NCBI GenBank assembly: GCA_951406725.2
Contig: OX597842.1
Coordinates: forward strand, 496,001 to 560,000
Direction: 5' to 3'
Length of the DNA: 64,000 bases
Origin: Octopus vulgaris
Lineage: Eukaryota
The first letter of the stretch is position 1; every line of letters begins with the position of its first letter. The translations under genes were made by a program, and so were the position numbers. The notes beneath the pieces were generated by a model. The model was not told the origin of the DNA. It made no database searches and saw only the letters and a program-made list of their open reading frames with translations. Positions 55,386 to 64,000 of this stretch are shown here, piece by piece.

Positions 55386-55629
55386 ATGCACCCTTTTAAA
55401 GCCTAGCCAGGCTCATGGGCTCAGTTTCCTGGTTTCTATGGCATATGTGTTCTCCAGCTAGATGGTGGAGGGGGCAGTCCATCACAGTGTCACTCATTTT
55501 TGCCAGCTGAGTGGACTGGAGCAACGTGAAATGAAGTGTTTTGCTCAAGAACACAACACATCACCCAGTCCAGGAATCGAAACCACAATCTTACGATCAT
55601 GATGCTGACACCCTAACCACTAAGCCACG
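55386..55629 (-). mobile_element. CORE-like tRNA SINE family F
   Basis: Head CGTGGCTTAGTGG...GGTTTCGATTCC, CORE-like TGTGTTCTTGAGCAAAACACTT; tail shared with 54270-54370. Confidence 0.8.
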
Positions 55630-56024
55630 ATATACATTTATGGCCTTATCCACCAATAAAAAATAAAATTAATTAATGTTTAGCTCAAACAAAGGTAAAA
55701 CCACATTTTTTTCTATGTAGCTGCTCTGCTTGTAAGATTGTACCTTATCTACAATCGACAAAGCAATTTTGAATTTGTGAGGACTTGCCTCTCATAAAAA
55801 GCAACAAGCTGTGATATATTTTTCTCAAGGTTGTTAAATGAATGTCTGTGTTTATAAAATCGATTTTTGAATGTCAATTTAGTTATCCCAATATATATAT
55901 TTTAGGTTTATCTCTGTTGTTTGTTTCTACTTCAGTGCAGTATGTTATCGACTTTTGGCAAACAGTTACCATCTAGTGGGCAGTTCTCACGAAGTCTGAG
56001 GCTGTGTGATCATTGTTAACCAGC

Positions 56025-57808
56025 TGATGATGATGCTGATGACAGTCATGATGATGATAGTGATGATGACAGTCATGATGATGATGATGGTGATGATGAT
56101 GATGGCGATGATGATAATGATGTTTTTGCCGATGATGATGATGGAGTGATAGTGATGATGATGATGATGACAATGATGATGATGCTGATGACAGCCATGA
56201 TAATGATGATGGTGATGATGATGATGGCGATGATGATGATGGTTGTGATGCTGATGATGATAATGATGTTTTTGCCGATGATGATGATGATGGAGTGATA
56301 GTGATGATGATGATGATGATGACAATGACAATGATGATGATGAGGATGATGATGACGACAACCAATATAGACAACAATCAAGAGTGCAGAAATAACCACC
56401 ACCACCCCCCACCCCGCCCTACCCCACCCCACCAACCAGTCAATCAACTACAACAAAAACAACAGCAAGACACAACTACTATAACCACTACCACTGCAAC
56501 AATCACCAATACCATCACCAATACTACCGCAAAGACTACCACCGCCACCACCACCACCACCACCACCACTAACAACAACAACACCATGCACTACCACCAT
56601 TCCTTCCCCCTGCAGCACCAACCATGCCCACCACAACATACTGTAACAGCAGCCAATAATAAAAACAACCAGCGACGACAATAAACAAAACCAACCCTAC
56701 CGCCCCACCCCCCTGCTCCCACCCCCGTCGATATCCATCAGGGGAAACAGTTTTCCAATATTCCGAATGATTGGAATCAATCAAGACCTGTCGATATCGG
56801 GAAAAGAGTTCAGCTGTTGATTTCTGGTACAAAGAAATACACAACATTGGGACACAAAATAAAATATTATTATTATTATTGTTGTTACCACCACCACCAC
56901 TATAACCATCGCTACTACCACCGCCACCACCACCTCTACTACTACCACAACCACCACTACTACCACCACCAATACTGCCACCATCACTACCACTACTTCC
57001 ACAACCACTAATACTACCACCACCACCACTACTACCACCATCACCACCAACACCACCACTACCATCACCACCACTACTACTATCACCACCACTACTACCA
57101 CCATCACTACCACCACCCCCACCACCACCAACTCAACTACCACAACTACTACCACCACCACCACCACTACTACCACCACCACCACCACAACCACTACTAC
57201 CACCACCACCACTACTACCACCACCACAACCACTACTACCACCATCACCACCACTACTACCACCACCACCACCACTACTACCACTATCACCATCAACACC
57301 ACCACTACCATCACCACCACTACTACTATCACCACCACTACTACCACCACCACCACCACCACCAACTACCACCACTACTACCACCACCACCACCACCACC
57401 ACCACTACTACCACCACCACAACCACTACTACCACCATCACCATCACTACTACCACCACCACCACCACCACCACCAACTCAACTACCACCACTACTACCA
57501 CCACCACTACTACCACCACCACCACCACCACTACTACCACCACCACCACCACCACCACTACTACCACCACTACCACTACCACCACCACTACCACTACTAC
57601 TACCACCACTACTACCCCCACTACCACTACTACCATCACCACTAATACCAACAGCACCACCACTACTGCCACCACCACCACTACTACTGTCACTGCTGCT
57701 GATACTAATACTACTACTACTGTTGTTAGTATTATAATTGTTAATATTATTATCATTATCTCTACTATTCTTGTTGTTATCATTATTATTATTATTATCA
57801 TCATTATT

Positions 57809-57839
<31 letters not shown>

Positions 57840-57847
57840 TTATTATT
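56025..57847. repeat. (GAT)n, (ACC/ACT)n and (ATT)n fields around a unique island at 56720-56860
   Basis: Directly visible; internal duplication 56100-56180 / 56255-56335. Confidence 0.92.
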
Positions 57848-58405
57848 GGGTGAGAGAGCAGTGCATGCCATCAAAGTGACACTTGGGTAAAATATACGAA
57901 GCCCAGCATACCCATCATGACTACCCGTCTGATAAGGGTACACCAGGCACATGCATCACAACCATATGTGCGCGACATGGTGATCTCATATCGAGATAAA
58001 CAGCACATGACCTTGCAGGTGGGGCCCAGTTAGAATTTTCTTCTGGTCAAGTAACCCATCCTGCTCAAAAGGTCCCTGAATAAGGGTTGCTTTAGGATGT
58101 TGAACGAAACACCTATGATTCCAGAGGTGAATTATTCAAAGTCCAAAGAATCCCTCTCAACACATGGCTATGATGCTCCCCCACTACTTCTGCTCGTGAT
58201 CAGAGATGCACATATCGTCAGCCACTAAGGGACATGCTCAACTGGTTAAGATCAAACAACTGACAAGCAAATCTGTGGTATTGAGCAGAATATTTGCTGA
58301 AGTCCATCTTTTATACCAAGACAAAACAATGTACATGATAACACTTCCAATCAGTTAAGATCAGAAGCCATGAGAGCCACTGCTTGGTACTGCATCAGGG
58401 CATTT
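57848..58405 (-). mobile_element. Family E element, apparently full length (~557 bp), within (TAA)n
   Basis: Longest of five copies; both ends abut ATT repeats; same 5' start as the 5249 copy. Confidence 0.88.
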
Positions 58406-58510
58406 ATTATTATTATTATTATCATTATTATTATTATTATCATTATTATTATTATTATCATTATTATTATTATTATCATTATTATTATCATTATTATTAT
58501 TATCATTATT

Positions 58511-58542
<32 letters not shown>

Positions 58543-58819
58543 CATTATTATTATTATCATTATCATTATTATTATTATTATCATTATTATCATTATTATT
58601 ATCATTATCATTATTATTATCATTATTATTATTATCATTATTATTATTATTATTATCATTATTATTATCATTATCATTATTATCATTATTATTATCATTA
58701 TTATTATTATTATCATTATTATTATTATTATCATTATCATTATTATTATCATTATTATTATTATTATCATTATTATTATTATCATTATTATTATCATTAT
58801 TATTATCATTATTATTATT

Positions 58820-58851
<32 letters not shown>

Positions 58852-58946
58852 CATTATTATTATCATTATCATTATAATCATTATTATTATTATTATCATT
58901 ATTATTATTATTATCATTATTATTATTATTATTATCATTATTATTA

Positions 58947-58980
<34 letters not shown>

Positions 58981-58999
58981 CATTATTATTATTATTATT
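58405..58999. repeat. About 595-bp (ATT/ATC)n array
   Basis: Directly visible. Confidence 0.97.
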
Positions 59000-59106
59000 C
59001 AATAGTCTTATTTTTAACACGTGCTTTCACTGCACAACCAAGCGCAAATCCATGTGCCTTGGGTATGTACCGTGGTTCGTTGTGTTGCTCTTATTTTTAC
59101 TGTATT
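59000..59106 (-). mobile_element. 3' UTR of an R4/Dong-type element related to 18440-18547
   Basis: Reverse complement has CATACCCAAGGCACA...GCGCTTGG...AGTGAAAGCAC...AAAAATAAGACTATTGAATAATAA. Confidence 0.8.
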
Positions 59107-59446
59107 ATTATTAATATTATCAATATTATTATTATTATTATTGTTGTTGTTGTTGTTACTAGTTTATTGTAAACACCACTACACAGCTTCATAGCACACT
59201 GGCAGATTGCAAATAAAACATGACCATCACCATCATCATCATCATCATAATCATCATCGTCTTCAATATTGTCATCACCATCATTGTCATAATCTTCTTC
59301 ATCATCATTATTATTGTTCTTGATGTTCTTCTTATTGTCATTAGTTTACTGGGCACTCTGCTACATGATTTTCTCTTACACTGACAGATTTTCAAAACCA
59401 AAGATTACCTTTACTGTTGTAGTTCTTCTTCTTCTTATTATTATTA

Positions 59447-59790
59447 TTGAGTGAGACAGCAGCACATGCCAACAAAACGATGCTGGGGTACAAATATACG
59501 AAACCTAGTATACCCATCTTGACTACCCATCTGATAAGGGTACACTAGGCACATGCATCACAACCCGTCATGTGCCTGTCATGGTGATCTCATCTCAAGA
59601 TAAGCAGTGCATGACCTTGCAGGTGGGGCCCAGTCAGAATTTTCTTCTGGTTGAGTAACCCATCCCAGTCAAAAGGTCCCTGAATAAGGTTTGTTTAAGG
59701 ATGTTGAACAAAACATCCATTTTTCTCAACATGTGGCTATGATGCTTCCCCACTACTCCTGCTCCTGATCAGGGATGCACATATCATCAG
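59447..59790 (-). mobile_element. Family E, decayed
   Basis: Collinear with 57848-58220. Confidence 0.8.
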
Positions 59791-59799
59791 CTGATCAAT

Positions 59800-59948
59800 A
59801 GACTTCTTTCAGTTTCTGTCTACCAAATTCACTCACAAGGCTTTGGTTGGCCTGAGGCTATTGTAGAAGACACTTGCCTAAGATGCCATGCAGTGGGACT
59901 GAACCTGGAACCATATAGTTGGGAAGCAGACTCCTTATCTCACAACCA

Positions 59949-59987
<39 letters not shown>

Positions 59988-60788
59988 CTTCTTATATTTG
60001 TTTCAGTCATTTGACTTTGGCCATGCTGGAGCACCATTCTTTAGTCAAACAAATTGACTCCAGGTCTTATTCTTTGTAAGCCTAGTACTTATTCTATCGG
60101 TCTCTTTTGCCGAACCACTAAGTCATGGGGATGTAAACACACCAGCATCAGTTGTCAAGCGATGCTGGGGGGGGGGGGGCAAACACAGACATATATACAT
60201 ATACATATATATATGACGGGATTCTTTCAGTTTCCATCTACCAAATCCACTGACAAAGTTGTGGTCAGCCCGAGGGTATAGCAGAAGATACTTGCCCAAG
60301 ATGCCATGCAGAGGGACTGAACCTGGAACTATGTGGCTGGTAAGCAAGCTACTTACCATACAGCCACTCTTGCACCTATGTGTATGTATATATATACTCT
60401 TTTACTTATTTCAGTCATTTGACTTGCGGCCATGCTGGAGCACCGCCTTTAATCGAGCAACTCGACCCCGGGACTTATTCTTTTGTAAGCCCAGTACTTA
60501 TTCTATCGGTTTCTTTTGCCGAACCGCTAAGTGACGGGGACGTAAACACACCAGCATCGGTTGTCAAGCGATCTTGGGGAGACAAACAAAGACACACAAA
60601 CACACACACATACACATATATATACATATATATGACAGGCTTCTTTCAGTTTCCGTCTACCACTACCACGCACATTGGTCGGCCCGGGGCTATAGCAGAA
60701 GACACTTGCCCAAGATGCCACGCAGTGGGACTGAACATGGAACCATGTGGTTAGTTAGCAAGCTACTTACCACACAGCCACTCCTGCG

Positions 60789-60792
<4 letters not shown>
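59800..60792 (-). mobile_element. Three head-to-tail SINE family A copies
   Basis: 59800-59950 partial, 59990-60378, 60395-60792. Confidence 0.88.
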
Positions 60793-60832
<40 letters not shown>

Positions 60833-61036
60833 TAAAAGTAGTTATGGTTGGTTTATGGGGTTACCAAGGGTTTCATGTCTGTAAAACGCTTAGCTTTACA
60901 GAGCCGTAGATTGTTCCATTAAATTTGATATTTTTATGTTTCTTTTTCCAGGAATGGTATTGGTTTGTTTATGGTCCAGTAACTTAGTAGTCTGGCAAAA
61001 CAACCTATACAATATGTACCAGTCTTAAAAAATAAG

Positions 61037-61425
61037 AGGCGCAGGAGTGGCTGTGTGGTAAGTAGCTTGCTTACGAACCACGTGATTCTGGGTTCAGTCC
61101 CACTGTGTGGCACCTTGGGCAAGTGTCTTCTACTATAGCCTCGGGGCTGACCAGAGCCTTGTGAGTGGATTTGGTAGACGGAAACTGAAAGAAGCCCATT
61201 GTGTATAGGTATATGTGTGTGTGTTTGTGCATGTGTTTGTCCCCTAAGATCACTTGACAACCAATGCTGGTGTGTTAACTTCCCTGTAACTTAGCGGTTC
61301 AGCAAAATAGACCGATAGAATAAGTACTAGGCTTACAAAGAATAAGTCCTGGGGTCAATTTGCTTGACTAAAGGTGGTGCTCCAGCTTGGCCACAGTCAA
61401 ATGACTGAAAGAAGTAAAAGAGTAG
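61037..61425 (+). mobile_element. SINE family A, full length
   Basis: Complete head, body and tail. Confidence 0.9.
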
Positions 61426-61671
61426 TATTATAACCTGATTTCATTCAGGTGTCTCGGGCTACATTGTAAAGATGAGATATTTTACCTTAGAGGCCACGTC
61501 TTTCAATTGAGCAAACTCAGAGTTGGCGTACAAACTCCCCACCACTTTTAACATAAGTACGCAAATTTTCAGGTCAATCCGACCACATTTACTAACACTT
61601 TTGCCTGCAAAACTGCTTGTGACACAACATCCTCCCTTTTCACAAATATATAGTAGATAACTATATTTTAT

Positions 61672-61729
<58 letters not shown>

Positions 61730-61864
61730 ATACATACATATATGTATATATATGTATATATTTACATCGATAAACTTAGTTGGAAAAGGATGTGCGGCGT
61801 TCAATGATATAATAATATAAATAAAAATAATATATATATGCACACATACACATATATATGTATA

Positions 61865-61913
<49 letters not shown>

Positions 61914-62009
61914 TTATAATTTTAATAATTATTACCTTTGAAGGTTATTTTTTCCATGCTGACCACTTGATGAGTTCGTTTATTTTAAATTAACGATCTT
62001 TTCCAGAAA

Positions 62010-62053
<44 letters not shown>

Positions 62054-62067
62054 CACAAATGTACATA

Positions 62068-62102
<35 letters not shown>

Positions 62103-62147
62103 CATATATATATATATATATATGCATATATATGTATATACATATAA

Positions 62148-62194
<47 letters not shown>

Positions 62195-62201
62195 CATATA
62201 A

Positions 62202-62236
<35 letters not shown>

Positions 62237-62282
62237 TATATATGTATATACATATAAGTATATATATATATATATATATATA

Positions 62283-62750
62283 TCAATGGAAATTGCGGAT
62301 GTGCTACCAGTGCCGGTGGCATGTCAAAACTCTGCTTGTGAAGACCCGTTGAGGCAAGTGAGGATCAGAATCGAAATCGATCAATGGAAATTGCAGATGT
62401 GTTACCAGTGCCGGTGGCATGTAAGAGAACTTTCCGTTTCGCGACCGTTGCCAGCACCGCCCCGTTTCGTGTCCGTTGCCAGCCTCGCCTGGCCCTCGTG
62501 CCGGTGGCACATAAAAAGCACCATCCGTTCGTGGCCGTTTGCCAGCTCTGTCTGGCACCAGTGCGGGTGGCACGTAAAAAGCACCCACTACACTCACGGA
62601 GTGGTTGGCGTTAGGAAGGGCATCCAGCCGTAGAAACACTGGCAGATTTGACTGGGCCTGATGAAGCCTTCTGGCTTCACAGACCCCAGTAGAACCGTCC
62701 AACCCATGCTAGCATGGAAAACGGACGCTAAACGATGATGATGATGATGA

Positions 62751-62754
<4 letters not shown>
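62283..62754 (+). mobile_element. Family D (RTE-type 3' region), CpG-rich and probably young
   Basis: Internal repeats, (GAT)n tail, inserted in a TA compound array. Confidence 0.8.
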
Positions 62755-62805
<51 letters not shown>

Positions 62806-63046
62806 TATATATGTATATACATATAAGTATATATATATATATATATATATAAATACATACAAAAATATATATATGCATACATAAATATATATATACACAA
62901 ACACACACATTCATAGAAAAAATATATTGCAAATATATAAAAGTATGGAAGTACATATACTCTCTATCTACATTTAATGTTTTTTGAGTGAAGCTAATTG
63001 TCTTTCACTTCTATTTTCCATTTAATCCATATGTATATATACATGC

Positions 63047-63065
63047 ATATCTATCTATCTATCCA

Positions 63066-63103
<38 letters not shown>

Positions 63104-63131
63104 AGTATCTATCTATCTATCTATCTAAGTA

Positions 63132-63175
<44 letters not shown>

Positions 63176-63259
63176 AGTATCTGTCTGTCTATCGATCTAT
63201 CTATCTATCAAAGTATCTGTCTGTCTATTTATTTATCTATCTATCTCTCTAAATATCTG

Positions 63260-63291
<32 letters not shown>

Positions 63292-63339
63292 AGTATCTGT
63301 CTGTCTATCGATCTATCTATCTATCTAAGTATCTGTCTG

Positions 63340-63371
<32 letters not shown>

Positions 63372-63533
63372 AGTATCTGTCTGTCTATCGATCTATCTAT
63401 CTATCTAAGTATCTGTCTGTCTATTTATTTATCTATCTATCTCTAAATATCTGTCTGTCTGTCTATCTATCTATCTAACTATCTATCGATATAAGTATCT
63501 GTCTATCTGTCTGTCTATCTATCTATCTATCTA

Positions 63534-63538
<5 letters not shown>
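63047..63538. repeat. (TATC)n/(TGTC)n tetranucleotide array with a higher-order unit
   Basis: aagtatctgtctgtctatcgatctatc recurs. Confidence 0.93.
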
Positions 63539-63569
<31 letters not shown>

Positions 63570-64000
63570 TATATATATGAATATATATATGCATATGTCT
63601 GTGTGTATATATATCTACATATATATATATGTCTATATATGTGTGTTTGTGAATGTACATACACACACACACACACACTTTTATACACACGTACATCTAT
63701 ATGTGTATACATGCACATTTATGCCCAACTCCTAACTAAACATACAAATCTATTTATTCCCCCTTAGTTTCCCCTTTATTATCTTAACCCCACAATTTGC
63801 TTATTCATTCCTCAATTCCAATCTATTTCACACAATCCATATACATATTCTGACCCCTAACCCCACTTATTCCCTATTGCTCCCTACATTCCATCACTTC
63901 AGTGACCTCCAATTATTCTTTAACCTTTATATTTTTAACTCCATATTCCTCTGGTTTCTTTTTACCATTTTGCAAAACAACCCCTTTTTTCTTTTTTACA

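Noticed and set aside
58351-59172. Poly-Ile, poly-Asn and poly-Tyr ORFs
   Set aside because: Pure ATT/ATC array
62658-62685. CTGATGA followed by an AGCC/GGCT hairpin
   Set aside because: No GAAA follows; other family D copies read CTGGTGCA here

Overview
Repeat-dense, AT-rich animal non-coding DNA (large intron or intergenic region). The tRNA-derived SINE families and microsatellite load look like an octopus/coleoid genome; this is an inference from repeat style, not a database hit. I found no intact protein-coding gene: nearly all ORFs in the track are translations of microsatellites or SINEs. The recognisable coding remnants are transposon fragments (RTE-type RT, two R4/Dong-type restriction-like endonuclease ends, CR1-type and RTE-type 3' ends, a rearranged mariner transposase). 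The strongest hidden signal is a set of unrelated minimal type I hammerhead ribozyme motifs (10976-11107 -, 22217-22297 -, 31383-31429 -, 40409-40471 +, plus decayed ones). Several lie in asymmetric fold-back structures inserted in (TA)n tracts, the architecture of Penelope-like element remnants. One has an apparent G3:C8 core swap and two have very long loop 2 inserts. Also present are non-autonomous Helitrons, a TTAA-flanked MITE, (TAA)n-associated retroelements, SINEs with swapped tails, and short unique islands carrying TALE/Hox and E-box motif clusters and possible splice sites. Coordinates were counted by hand and repeat boundaries are approximate.
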